64,000 nucleotides of DNA, taken from contig WGLR01000012.1 of NCBI GenBank assembly GCA_016125475.1, positions 11,812 to 75,811 of the forward strand, in the 5' to 3' direction. The position numbers and the translations under genes are program-made. Positions 52,204 to 62,370 of this stretch are shown in pieces (the first letter of the stretch is position 1; the number at the start of each line of letters is the position of its first letter). The notes under the pieces are model-generated. The model saw only the letters and a list, made by a program, of their open reading frames with translations, had not been told where the DNA came from and did not search any database. The DNA is from Betaproteobacteria bacterium (GTDB lineage: Bacteria > Pseudomonadota > Gammaproteobacteria > Burkholderiales > Ga0077523).

Positions 52204-54276
52204 TCAGCCGGCGGGGACGGGCGTGCGAGCGAGTGCCTGTGCTGCGAATTCCCGTGCGGGAAGAGCCGTGCCGAAGAGTGGTCCCTGCAGCAGGCTGCAG
52301 CCGGTTCCGCGCAGGAAGTCCAGCTCGCGCTCGTCCACGACGCCGTCGCAGGCCACCTCGAGGCCGAGGCACCGCGCGAGCGCGACGATGCCTTCGACGA
52401 GCGGTGCATCGAATCCGCCTGCGGCGTCTGCCGAGGCGGGGTCGGGTCCGATCTTCAGGCCGCGCAGCGGCAGCTTCCTGATCGCACGCAGGCTCCAGGA
52501 TCCTTCCGCGAAACCACTCAGCCAGAGATGGATCCCCAACGCCGCGAATTCGTCCAGCACACTCGTCACACGATCGGCGTCGTGGGCGAGGGACGATTCC
52601 GGCAATTCGAGATCGAGGCTGTCGGCGGGCAGGCCGGTGTCCGCGAGGGTGCGCCGGATGGCGCCGAGCAGCGACGGCGACAGGAACTGTCTCGAAGAGA
52701 GGGAGATGCGGAGGCGCAGGTCCGGGTCGATCGCCCGACGCCACGCCTGCACCTGTGCGCAGGCGGCGCGCAGCGTCCATTCTCCGATCGGCACCGCGAG
52801 TCCGCTGCGCTCGGCGACGCCCGCGAATTCCGCCTGCGTCATTCCGGTCGCACCGTCGGGCTCCCAGCGCGGTGATGCCACGACGGACGTCAGTGACCGA
52901 CCGTCGCGCAGCACGGCCTCGTAGACGACCGAGAGCTCCTCGCGCGCGAATGCACGCCGCAGGTCCCGTTCGAGCGACAGCCGGTTCACGGATCGCGTGG
53001 TCATCGCATCCGTGAAGAACTGGTAGTTGTTCCTGCCGAGTTCCTTGGCCCGGTACATCGCCCGGTCGGCACTCACGAGCAGGCTCTGCGCCGTGGATCC
53101 GTCCGAAGGGAACAGACTGATGCCGGCGCTCGCACCGATGCCGAGGGGGTGGCCCTCGAACGGGATCGGCTCGGACAGCGCGCGTATGCACTTCTCGATG
53201 ACCCGGCCCACGTCCTCGGGGCTCGAAACGTCGGGAAGCACCATGACGAACTCGTCCCCGCCGAGACGCGCGACGATGTCACTGGCGCGGACCTGTCCAC
53301 GCAGGCGCGCTCCGACCGTTTCGAGCACGCAATCGCCTGCACGGTGGCCGAGCGTGTCGTTCACGAGCTTGAAGCCGTCGAGATCGATGAAAGCCACGGC
53401 GAGTTCCGTACCGCGTCGATCGGCCGTGACGAGCGCGTTGTTCAGCCAGTCGATGAGGTGCGAGCGATTCGGCAGGCCGGTGAGCGCGTCGTGGTGGGCG
53501 AGGTGGGCGAGACGCGCCTCGGCCCGTTTGCGGTCGCTGATGTCCTGGATCTGCGCGATGACGTGCAGCATGTGGTCCCAGGGGTCACGCACGGGCGAGA
53601 GGCTCAGCAGCGTCCAGATCGTTTCCCCGGCAGCGGAGACGAACCGGTGTTCGCGGTGGAGCGGTCGGGCGTCCGTCGTCGCGAGATGTGCGAGCTGCTC
53701 GCGCAGGGCTTCCCGGTCCTCGGCGTGCGACCAGGCGACGAGGTCGCCACCCGGCATGGCGTGCCCGGCCGTTCCGAAGATCGCGCCGGCCGCCTGATTC
53801 GCGCGCACGAACTCGCCCGTCGTGGATACGAGCACCATGCCGATCGCCGCGTGGTCGAAGGCGCTCCGGAACCGTGCCTCGCTCTCGAGCAGCTGCCGTT
53901 CGATGGCGTGTTTCTGCAGGGCCATGACGAGCGCGGCGCGCAGTTCGTCCGGCCGGAACGGCTTCAGGAGGTAGCCGTGCGCGGCCGTGGTGCCAGCCCG
54001 CGCGATCGTCGCCTCGTCGCTGAACGCGGTCAGGAACAGGATCGGGACGTCCAGTCGCGCGCGGATCCTGCGCGCCGTCTCGATGCCGTCCATGTCGCCC
54101 TTGATCACGATGTCCATCAGGATCAGGTCGGGACGCAGCGTCATGGCCCGTTCCAGGGCCTTCTCGCCGGAGTTCGCGATACCCACGACGTTGTGGCCCG
54201 CCACGCTCAGGTGATGTTCGATGTCGAGCGCGATCACGCCTTCGTCCTCGACGATCAGGATCCGTGCCTTGCTCAT
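52204..54276 (-). CDS. REC-PAS-GGDEF-EAL(degenerate) response regulator / diguanylate cyclase
   Basis: ILIVEDE..LMDI..KPF receiver; PAS; DALTGLPNR, DLDGFK.VND, RLGGDEF; EAL domain lacks the EAL and DDFGTG motifs. Confidence 0.92.
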   Translation of the reverse strand: MSKARILIVEDEGVIALDIEHHLSVAGHNVVGIANSGEKALERAMTLRPDLILMDIVIKGDMDGIETARRIRARLDVPILFLTAFSDEATIARAGTTAAHGYLLKPFRPDELRAALVMALQKHAIERQLLESEARFRSAFDHAAIGMVLVSTTGEFVRANQAAGAIFGTAGHAMPGGDLVAWSHAEDREALREQLAHLATTDARPLHREHRFVSAAGETIWTLLSLSPVRDPWDHMLHVIAQIQDISDRKRAEARLAHLAHHDALTGLPNRSHLIDWLNNALVTADRRGTELAVAFIDLDGFKLVNDTLGHRAGDCVLETVGARLRGQVRASDIVARLGGDEFVMVLPDVSSPEDVGRVIEKCIRALSEPIPFEGHPLGIGASAGISLFPSDGSTAQSLLVSADRAMYRAKELGRNNYQFFTDAMTTRSVNRLSLERDLRRAFAREELSVVYEAVLRDGRSLTSVVASPRWEPDGATGMTQAEFAGVAERSGLAVPIGEWTLRAACAQVQAWRRAIDPDLRLRISLSSRQFLSPSLLGAIRRTLADTGLPADSLDLELPESSLAHDADRVTSVLDEFAALGIHLWLSGFAEGSWSLRAIRKLPLRGLKIGPDPASADAAGGFDAPLVEGIVALARCLGLEVACDGVVDERELDFLRGTGCSLLQGPLFGTALPAREFAAQALARTPVPAG

Positions 54277-57200
54277 TTCGACTTGCCCTCGTCCAGGAAG
54301 GTGATGGTGAAGACGGTGCCCGTGTCCGCTCCCGACACGATGTCGAGCGTTCCGGATATCTGTTCCGTGAGCGTGCGGATGAGTCGCAGCCCGAGCGACC
54401 GCGCGTCCTCGGGAGCGCCCGGCATGCCGATGCCGTCGTCACCGACCTTCAGTACCCACGAACCCGTTCCCGGTCCGGCCGAGAAGCGGATCATGATGGT
54501 GCCTTCATCGCGCCCCGAGAACGCATGTTTGAATGCATTGGAGACGAGTTCGTTCACGATCAGGCCGCAGGGTATCGCGGTCTCGATGCCCATCGGTGCC
54601 TCGAGCACGTCCGCGACGACGCGTATGCCGCGGGCCTGGGCGTGGTAGGAGTGCGAGAGCTGCTCGACGAGCGTGTGCATGTAGTCGCCGAAGTCGACGC
54701 GGGCGAGGTCCCTCGAACGGTAGAGACGCTCGTGCACGAGCGCCATGGACTTGACCCGGCGCACGCTGTCCTCGATCGCGGCGGTGAACTGCTCGTCGTC
54801 GAGCGTACGGGCCTGCATCTGCAGCAGACTGGAGATGACCTGAAGGTTGTTCTTCACGCGGTGGTAGATCTCCTTCAGCAGGATCTCCTTCTCCTGGAGC
54901 GCGCCCTGGATGCGCTCTTCCGCGAGCCGTCGCGACGTGATGTCGTGCACCGATCCCACGACTTCGCCGACCGAGCCGTCGTCGTTCTCGATCACGTCGT
55001 GCACCGCGTGCACGAGTCGTTCCTCGCCCGACGGACGCACCACGCGGAACTCGTACTCCGACATCGCCCGACTCTCCGGGGCGTTGCGGATCAGCGCGCT
55101 GACACGTTCCCGGTCATCCACGTGAACGTGCGCGAGGAGGCCGTCCATGCTCACGGGAAAGAGGATGGGATCCACGCCGAATATCCGGAAGGTCTCCTCG
55201 GACCAGACAGATAGATCGCGCGCAACGTCCCAGCGCCAGCTGCCGAGGTGTGCCATGCGCTGCGCGGCCGCCAGCGTCGCCTCGCTGCGGCGCAGAAGCT
55301 CCTCGGAGCGCTTGCGTTCCGTGATGTCCTGCACGGAACCGAGAAGTTCCCTGATCCGACCGGAACGGTCGTGCCCGGCCTGGACCGTCGCGAAGAGGTT
55401 GCGCACCTCGCCGGTAGGCCGGACGACCCGCAGTTCGTAACGGACTTCGTTGCCGGTACGCATCGCACGCTCCACCGTGTCCTCCACTCTCGCGACGTCG
55501 GCAGGGTGGACGAGTGTCAGAAAGCGCTCGTACGACGGTTCGAAGCTGTCCGGATCCTGGTCGAGGATCCGGTAGGTCTCGTCCGACCACTCGATGGCGC
55601 CGCTCTCCACGTTCCAGTGCCAGCTGCCGACATGGGCGAGACGCTGCGCGCTCGCGAGGGTCGCCTCGCTGCGGACGAGACGAGCCTCGTCGATCTTGCG
55701 ACGCGTGATCTCCTCCATGACGCCGATGAAATAGTCCGGCCGGCCGTCCGCCGTGCGGGCAACGGAGACGGTCAGGTTGCCCCAGACCACTTCGCCGTCC
55801 TTGCGCGTGTAGCGCTTCTCCATGGAGTAGGTGTCGAACGTGCCGTCGAGGAGCATCGCGACGCTCGCGATGTTCGCGTCGTCGTCGGGATGGGTGATCT
55901 CGACGAACGAACGCGCGAGCATTTCCTCCATGCCGAACCCGAGGATGTCGCAGAACCGTTCGTTGATGCGAAGCAGGCGGCCGTCCAGTGACGCGTGACA
56001 GATGCCGACGGCCGCCTGTTCGAACGTGCCGCGAAACCGCGCTTCGCTCTCGCGGAGCGCCAGCTCGGTCGCCTTGAGTTCGGTGATGTCCGTCTCGATG
56101 CCGACGATCTCGCGACGACCGTCGGGGAGCGCGACCAGTGTCTTGCTCCGCAGGAACCACAACGATCGGCCGCGGTATTCGAGCGTTCCCGTGAACACCT
56201 TCGACTGGCCGGGATTCAGCGCGAACACTTCCCTGTCTTCCGCCATCCGGGCCGAGGCGTACTTCGCGCCGTGGAGGACTTGGTCGGAGCTTCCGACGAG
56301 TTCTTCCACCGGGATGTCCACGAGCTTCGAGAATGCCTCGTTCACGAGCGTCCAGCGGAACTGCTCGTTCTTCACGAACACGGGATAGGGGATCGCGTTG
56401 ATGACGGCATCGAGGTAGGCGCGGCTCTGCTCGAGTTCGGTGGACAGGCGTCGCGCAGCGCGCTCCGCGCGCTTGATCGCGGTGATGTCCGTCTTGACGC
56501 AGACGATGTAGCGTGCCCCCGTGGCATCGGCGAGCAGTGCCTTGTTCCGGAGCACCCAGCGCTCGGTGTCGGCGTTCCGCCCGATGCGCTCCTCCGTGGA
56601 GACGGCGCTTCCGGTCCGCAACAGGCCTTCGTCCTCGTCGCGGTTGATCCGGGCACGGGCCGCCGGGCCGACTTCTTCGTCGGTGCGGCCGAGCAGGCCG
56701 TCGCGCGATGCTTGCAGCAACCGGCAGAACGCGTCGTTCGCGAGGATGTACCGGCGCCGGTCGTCCTTCACGTACAGGGGTTCCGGCACGGCATCGATGA
56801 GTGCCTCGAGGAAGTGCCGCTGCCGTTCGACGGCGAACTGTGCCTGTTTGCCCTCGGTGATGTCCGCGCTGATCGCGAGGCGGTATGCGGAGCCGTCCGG
56901 CAGCGTGAAGCCGTACTTCGTCTTCAGGAACCAGCGCGTCGCACCGTGTGCGTCCCGCCTGGACTCCTCGATCACCATCGGCTGGCCTGCCTCGGTGGCA
57001 ACGAGATCCTCTCGTACGTAGCGCGACGCCACGTCCGGCGGATGGAGGTCCTCGTCCGTGAGGCCCACGAGTGCCTCGCGCGACCTTCCGTACCAGGCGG
57101 CCGTGGCGCGGTTCACCATCACCCAGCGTCCCCTGTCGTCCTTCACGACCAGGATCTGGGGGATCGCGTCGATGAGTTCCGTGAGAAATCTCTCGCTCCG

Positions 57201-58094
57201 CGCGAGTGCGCGTCGTGCCTCCTCGCGCGCGGAAAGATCCGTGTTGATGCCGACCACGTAACGGCTTCCGTCCGGCATCGCGAACGCGCGCTTGCACTTG
57301 AGCCACGACACGGTCTGAAAGTTCTCCGCCTCGTAGTGCACTTCCGCGATGACCGGCGCGTCGGTGTCCAGCGCCGCATCGTCCTCCGCGACGATGCCGG
57401 CTGCGAACTCGGGCGGCAGGAAATCGCGGTCCGATCGTCCGAGCACTTCCTCCCGCGACCGTCCGAGCCACTGGCACAGTGCCTGGTTGACGAGCACCCA
57501 GCGATGCTGGGCGTCCTTCACGTAGAGCGGATGCGGAACCGCGTCGATCACTTCCGTCAGGAAGCGCTCGCTGATTGTCCCGGCATGCACCGGAGGCGCG
57601 TCGGCCGGGTGCAGCGCGGCGACGAGTGCAGTGGCGATGTGGGCCGCCATCGCGTCGACCACGGTTTCGTCGACGTCCATCCGTGCGCCGTCGCGCTCCA
57701 GCATGAGTGCGCCGACCACGCGTCCGGCGTGACGCAGGGGCACGCAGAGCTGCGCGCAGGACCGGCGGCCGCGTCGAGCCCGGCCTCGCCACCAGTTCCC
57801 GGCGAGAACCGCTTCGCGCACGGCGGCGTTTTCCGGCGTCGACGATGTGTGTTCGTCGACCGTTTCGAACGCCAGTGTGTCGCGTTCCGCGGACAGGCGT
57901 GCCGCGCGTCCCGGGACGCCGTCCGTGGCGTCGACGAGCACGGCACGATCGGCACCGGCATGTGCACGGATCAGCTGCACCAGGTCACCCAGGAGTCCGG
58001 GCCCGGGTTCCGCGACGGCGAAAAGCCTGGCGGCACTCGCCAGCACTTCGACGCCGTGTGCCCGCTGCAGGCCGAGATGTTCGGAGTGATCCAT
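54273..58094 (-). CDS. Soluble GAF plus 7xPAS histidine kinase (HisKA_2 type)
   Basis: Seven PAS/PAC repeats; EIYHRVKNNLQVISSLL H-box, NELVSNAFKHAF, DDGIG, SLGL; no TM segments seen. Confidence 0.92.
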   Translation of the reverse strand: MDHSEHLGLQRAHGVEVLASAARLFAVAEPGPGLLGDLVQLIRAHAGADRAVLVDATDGVPGRAARLSAERDTLAFETVDEHTSSTPENAAVREAVLAGNWWRGRARRGRRSCAQLCVPLRHAGRVVGALMLERDGARMDVDETVVDAMAAHIATALVAALHPADAPPVHAGTISERFLTEVIDAVPHPLYVKDAQHRWVLVNQALCQWLGRSREEVLGRSDRDFLPPEFAAGIVAEDDAALDTDAPVIAEVHYEAENFQTVSWLKCKRAFAMPDGSRYVVGINTDLSAREEARRALARSERFLTELIDAIPQILVVKDDRGRWVMVNRATAAWYGRSREALVGLTDEDLHPPDVASRYVREDLVATEAGQPMVIEESRRDAHGATRWFLKTKYGFTLPDGSAYRLAISADITEGKQAQFAVERQRHFLEALIDAVPEPLYVKDDRRRYILANDAFCRLLQASRDGLLGRTDEEVGPAARARINRDEDEGLLRTGSAVSTEERIGRNADTERWVLRNKALLADATGARYIVCVKTDITAIKRAERAARRLSTELEQSRAYLDAVINAIPYPVFVKNEQFRWTLVNEAFSKLVDIPVEELVGSSDQVLHGAKYASARMAEDREVFALNPGQSKVFTGTLEYRGRSLWFLRSKTLVALPDGRREIVGIETDITELKATELALRESEARFRGTFEQAAVGICHASLDGRLLRINERFCDILGFGMEEMLARSFVEITHPDDDANIASVAMLLDGTFDTYSMEKRYTRKDGEVVWGNLTVSVARTADGRPDYFIGVMEEITRRKIDEARLVRSEATLASAQRLAHVGSWHWNVESGAIEWSDETYRILDQDPDSFEPSYERFLTLVHPADVARVEDTVERAMRTGNEVRYELRVVRPTGEVRNLFATVQAGHDRSGRIRELLGSVQDITERKRSEELLRRSEATLAAAQRMAHLGSWRWDVARDLSVWSEETFRIFGVDPILFPVSMDGLLAHVHVDDRERVSALIRNAPESRAMSEYEFRVVRPSGEERLVHAVHDVIENDDGSVGEVVGSVHDITSRRLAEERIQGALQEKEILLKEIYHRVKNNLQVISSLLQMQARTLDDEQFTAAIEDSVRRVKSMALVHERLYRSRDLARVDFGDYMHTLVEQLSHSYHAQARGIRVVADVLEAPMGIETAIPCGLIVNELVSNAFKHAFSGRDEGTIMIRFSAGPGTGSWVLKVGDDGIGMPGAPEDARSLGLRLIRTLTEQISGTLDIVSGADTGTVFTITFLDEGKSK

Positions 58095-58405
58095 TGCAGT
58101 GCGCTCCCTGCGGAACGGTTCGGGTGTTTCGCGGGCGATCGCGCGACGCGGTGCGGTCCCGCTCGCGCCCCGATTCCCGATTCATCTGGTTGGATATCGG
58201 GAATCACCGCGGGTTCTTGAGGGGTATCGGCCGGCGCACGGCACGCCTCGCGCGAAACGGCGTCCCGTCGTGCAGACAGGGACAGGGTGACGTCCCCGCG
58301 GATATGAGCATCCTGCTATTCCGGATTCCGCCCGGATGACGAGAATGTGCCCATGCAACGCGATCTGCCGCGGTACTGCGCGGCACGCCACAGGACGAGG
58401 GCACC

Positions 58406-59140
58406 ATGAACAGCACCGGAGATCCGGATTTCAAGCGCAGCATCGGCTACCGATGGGCACACGGACCGTTCGAGGACCAGCAGCGGCTGCACCGGATGAT
58501 GGAGGCGGGGACGGCGGCGCTGTTGCGCCAGGCAGGGCTGCACGAAGGGATGCGCGTCGCGGACATCGGGTGCGGCGCAGGGCTCATGACGCTGAGACTC
58601 GCAGAGGAAGTCGGGCCGGACGGTCTCGTCGCGGGCCTCGACGAGGACGAAGCCCAGCTCGACATCGGGCGCCGCGCCGCGGAAAGCGAAGGTCGCAGGA
58701 ACCTCTGGTTCGAGCGCGCTTCCGTCTACGAAACGGGACTGCCGAGAAGCTCGTTCGGCCTCGTCTATGCGCGGTGTCTGTTCAGCCGGCTGGAGCGGCC
58801 CTGGGATGCACTCGCGGAGCTCGTCACGCTCCTGGAACCCGGGGGCCGGCTCGTGTGCGAGGAAATCGAATGCGCGCCCGCGGCGGCCGTCACGCTTCCC
58901 GGGCGCTGTCTCGACGAGCTGCCCATCGAGTGGGAAAGGGGTGACATGCGGGCCGGCACCGGGGTGCCCCCACGCCTGTCATGGGCACTCGGCGAGGCCG
59001 GACTCACGCACGTGGGTGCGACTTTCGCGCGTCTCCCGACACCGGCCGCCGGCCTGTCCGTGCCCTTCGCATCGAGAGCATCCGGGCAGGGAACTCTGGC
59101 TCTCTGGCAGGTCTGGGGTCAGCGCCCGCCGAGCGTCTGA
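58406..59140 (+). CDS. Class I SAM-dependent methyltransferase
   Basis: RVADIGCGAG motif I, GLD, FGLVYARCL, LEPGGRLVCEE. Confidence 0.82.
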   Translation: MNSTGDPDFKRSIGYRWAHGPFEDQQRLHRMMEAGTAALLRQAGLHEGMRVADIGCGAGLMTLRLAEEVGPDGLVAGLDEDEAQLDIGRRAAESEGRRNLWFERASVYETGLPRSSFGLVYARCLFSRLERPWDALAELVTLLEPGGRLVCEEIECAPAAAVTLPGRCLDELPIEWERGDMRAGTGVPPRLSWALGEAGLTHVGATFARLPTPAAGLSVPFASRASGQGTLALWQVWGQRPPSV

Positions 59141-59190
59141 CCGTCCGACGAAGCCGGGCAAGCTTCGCCCGGCGTTCTCGTCGGAGATCG

Positions 59191-60006
59191 TCAGAGAAAG
59201 TGGCGGAACCCGACCTCGAAGTTCCAGTTGTAGATGTACGGAAGCTGGTCGCCCACGAGGCCGATGCCCGGGCGGACCCAGACGCCGAGACTCTTGTTGA
59301 GGAAATGGCCAAGTTCCGTCTCGATCGTGAAGCCGACCCGGCTGTTCCGTTCGTAGTCCACGGTCAGCTGGTTCTCCACGAGCGTGTAGAAACGGTGCGG
59401 CCAACGCGTGAGCACGTACAGACGGAACTGCGTGTAGCTCACGTTCGACCGGTCCGAATCCCCGGCCACCGACTGGTAGTGCTGCACCATCGGGAACAGG
59501 GACGTGTCGGTGCCCGGCAGGTTCAACGCGGCGAAGGCCATCGGTGCGACGAGGTACTTGCCGGATCCTAGAGACCGGTCGGACGCCGTGTTCAGGAAGA
59601 ACTCGGAACCGAGCACGAGGGCGAGTGACTCGTTCCGGAACACCCGCCACTTGCCGCGGACCGCGACGTCGCCGATGCCGGACTGGGCCGATTCACCCGG
59701 CACGCGCGGATTGATCCGCTGGAATGGCACGTCGATACGGAAGGCGGCCGTGCGCGTGTACGCATATTCGAAGCGCGGCACGAGCACTTCCTTGCCACTG
59801 CCGTCCTGAGTGCTCCAGTGTTCGAAGCGAGCCTCGAACCGTGTCTTGAAGTCGGTCGGGTCGAGCTTCTTGGAGATGTCGGCCGCAGTGGTCGTCGGCG
59901 CAGCGGCCGGCGGCCGGTTGTCTTGTGCGTGTGCCGCGAGTGCGAGTACGCCCAGCGTGAAGGCGACCACACGGACCGCGGCGGCGCGTCCGTTGTAATG
60001 GGTCAT
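59191..60006 (-). CDS. Secreted / putative outer-membrane beta-barrel protein of unknown function
   Basis: Signal peptide (ALAAHA-Q), amphipathic beta-strand pattern, GIGDV, LGSGKY, terminal WNFEVGFRHFL. Confidence 0.65.
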   Translation of the reverse strand: MTHYNGRAAAVRVVAFTLGVLALAAHAQDNRPPAAAPTTTAADISKKLDPTDFKTRFEARFEHWSTQDGSGKEVLVPRFEYAYTRTAAFRIDVPFQRINPRVPGESAQSGIGDVAVRGKWRVFRNESLALVLGSEFFLNTASDRSLGSGKYLVAPMAFAALNLPGTDTSLFPMVQHYQSVAGDSDRSNVSYTQFRLYVLTRWPHRFYTLVENQLTVDYERNSRVGFTIETELGHFLNKSLGVWVRPGIGLVGDQLPYIYNWNFEVGFRHFL

Positions 60007-60200
60007 GTCGGTGTTTCGTGCGGATTTTCTTGTGCGCGGCGGACGACCGGATGGAATGGATGTCCGCGAAGTCCCCGCGCGAGGGATCGGGATTGTCCCA
60101 GAAATCCGGAGCGAGCGATACGCCACGTCAGGACCGGGTCGCGAAGACGCTGCCCGCGTCGGATAATCGTACGATCGATGACACGGAAGAGGGGGCTCCG

Positions 60201-61718
60201 ATGCGAATCGCCGTGGGCGGGTTCCAGCACGAAACGAATACGTTCGCACCAAGCAAGGCGACGTTCGACGATTTTCGGCGAGGCGGAGGGTGGCCGCCAC
60301 TGTTGCGGGCGGATGACGTGATCGAGGGTACCGCCGGCATCAACCTGCCGATCGCCGGTGCGATTGCGGAACTGCGTCGTGCGCGACACGACCTCGTCCC
60401 GACGGCGTGGGCTGCCACGAGCCCTTCCGCGCACGTCACACAGGATGCATTCGAGCGGATCGCGGCAATGATCGTCGAGGCGATCGCGAGCGCGATGCCC
60501 GTGGATGGCGTGTACCTGGACCTGCACGGGGCGATGGTGACGGAGCACGTCGACGACGGCGAGGGGGAACTGCTCGCGCGCGTGCGTGCGGTCGTCGGCC
60601 CGCGGACTCCGATCGTCGCAAGCCTCGATCTGCACGCAAACGTGACGGCACGCATGATTGCGGGCGCCGACGCGCTCGTCGCCTACCGTACCTATCCGCA
60701 CGTCGACATGGCGGACACCGGTGCGCGGGCGGCGTCGCTCCTCCTGCGACTGATGCGGACGTCCACGCCGCTCGTGCACGCCGCGCGGCGGCTGCCTTTC
60801 CTGATTCCGCTCGGGTCGCAGTGCACGATGCTGGAGCCCATGGCCTCGGTATACCGGGACCTGGCCGGACTCGAGCGTGCCGGCGTCGTCTCGGTGTCGT
60901 TCACGCCAGGGTTTCCGGCCGCCGATTTCGAGGAATGCGGCCCGGTCGTGCTCGCGTATGGCGACGACGAGGATGCCGTCCAGGCGGTCGCGCGCGGGTT
61001 CGGCGACGAGGTGCTCGCGAACGAGACCGCGTTCTCGCTCGAGGTGCTCACGCCCGAGGACGGCGTCCGCCGGGCGATGGCACGGGCCGCAGCGGCCACG
61101 CGTCCGGTCGTGATCGCCGACACCCAGGACAATCCCGGCGCCGGCGGCAATTCCGACACGACCGGGATGCTCCGCGCGCTGGTGGGGGCGGATGCGCGGC
61201 ACGCGGCGCTCGGTCTCATGGTCGATCCGGAAGCGGCGCGCGCCGCGCACGCCGTCGGGGAAGGTGCGACGCTGGAGATCGCGATCGGCGGCCGGTCGAA
61301 GATCCCGGGCGATGCGCCCTTTCACGGACGGTTCGTGGTCGAGCGGCTATCGGAGGGCAGGCTCACGTGCACGGGGCCGTTCTATCGCGGTGCGCGCATG
61401 AACCTGGGCCCCTCGGCGTGCCTGCGCATCGGTGGTGTCCGCATCGTGGTGAGCTGCGAGAAACCGCAGATGGCGGATCAGGAGATGTACCGTTTCGTCG
61501 GTATCGAGCCCACGCGCGAATCGATTCTCGTGAACAAGAGCTCGGTGCATTTCCGGGCCGACTTCGCGCCCATTGCCGAGGAGATCATCGTCTGCAAGGC
61601 GCCGGGACCGATGCTCGCCGACCCCGGCGAATTTCCGTGGACCCGTCTCGCACCGGGGATGCGGCTGCGCCCGGGTGGTCCCGAGTTCGCGGGAGCCACC
61701 GGGTCGGCAGGACGCTGA
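60201..61718 (+). CDS. M81 family metallopeptidase (MlrC-like)
   Basis: HETNTF, LDLHGAM, DGEGELL, SLDLHAN, YRTYPHVD, DNPGAGG, KSSVHFRADF. Confidence 0.93.
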   Translation: MRIAVGGFQHETNTFAPSKATFDDFRRGGGWPPLLRADDVIEGTAGINLPIAGAIAELRRARHDLVPTAWAATSPSAHVTQDAFERIAAMIVEAIASAMPVDGVYLDLHGAMVTEHVDDGEGELLARVRAVVGPRTPIVASLDLHANVTARMIAGADALVAYRTYPHVDMADTGARAASLLLRLMRTSTPLVHAARRLPFLIPLGSQCTMLEPMASVYRDLAGLERAGVVSVSFTPGFPAADFEECGPVVLAYGDDEDAVQAVARGFGDEVLANETAFSLEVLTPEDGVRRAMARAAAATRPVVIADTQDNPGAGGNSDTTGMLRALVGADARHAALGLMVDPEAARAAHAVGEGATLEIAIGGRSKIPGDAPFHGRFVVERLSEGRLTCTGPFYRGARMNLGPSACLRIGGVRIVVSCEKPQMADQEMYRFVGIEPTRESILVNKSSVHFRADFAPIAEEIIVCKAPGPMLADPGEFPWTRLAPGMRLRPGGPEFAGATGSAGR

Positions 61719-61761
61719 GGACGCCTCGCAAGGGCCCGCGGGGATCGGGCCGGGTGCCGAT

Positions 61762-62370
61762 TCAGTGGTGTCCGAACGGCCAGCGACGTCGCCAGTACTG
61801 GAGCAGGAAGAATCCGCCCACGAGTCCGCCGAGGTGCGCGAAGTGCGCGACACCCGACTGGGTGCCCGTGACGCCGAGTACGAGTTCGAGCAGACCGTAG
61901 AGGATCACGAACGTGCGGGCCTGCATGGGGATGGGCGGGAAGAGCAGCATGAGCCGGCGACGCGGGAACAGCACGCCGTACGCGAGCAGCAGGCCGAACA
62001 CGCCTCCGGACGCACCCACGGTCGGGAACGGAGGCTGGTCGAGCAGCGCGACCACGAACATCTGGGCGAGCGCGGCCGTGAAGACGCAGAGCATGTAGTA
62101 CTGCAGGTAGCGTCGGGAGCCGAATGCGTGCTCCACGTCACGTCCGAGCATCCAGAGGCCGATCATGTTGAACGTGAGATGCATCAGGTTGCCGTGCAGG
62201 AATGCGTACGTGATCGGCTGCCAGATGTGGAACGGCACGTTGTCGAAAGGTCCGGCCGCGGAAACCGGCGGCCAGAGTGCCAGCGCGGTCATGAAGCCCG
62301 GCCCGAGCAGCTGCTGGAGCGCGAAGCCGATGATGTTGAGCCCGAGAAGGGCCTGTGTGACGGGTGGCAC
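61762..62370 (-). CDS. Rhomboid family intramembrane serine protease
   Basis: WQPITYAFLHG..HL.FNM, GASGG (Ser), AHFAHLGG (His); probable GTG start. Confidence 0.92.
   Translation of the reverse strand: MPPVTQALLGLNIIGFALQQLLGPGFMTALALWPPVSAAGPFDNVPFHIWQPITYAFLHGNLMHLTFNMIGLWMLGRDVEHAFGSRRYLQYYMLCVFTAALAQMFVVALLDQPPFPTVGASGGVFGLLLAYGVLFPRRRLMLLFPPIPMQARTFVILYGLLELVLGVTGTQSGVAHFAHLGGLVGGFFLLQYWRRRWPFGHH

Noticed and set aside
58200-58330. c-di-GMP-I riboswitch upstream of the PAS kinase / cyclase operon
   Set aside because: Only a GGGACGC fragment on the minus strand; no GCAAA tetraloop or receptor architecture
60201-61718. Microcystin degradation cluster
   Set aside because: No mlrA, mlrB or mlrD nearby; M81 peptidases are widespread
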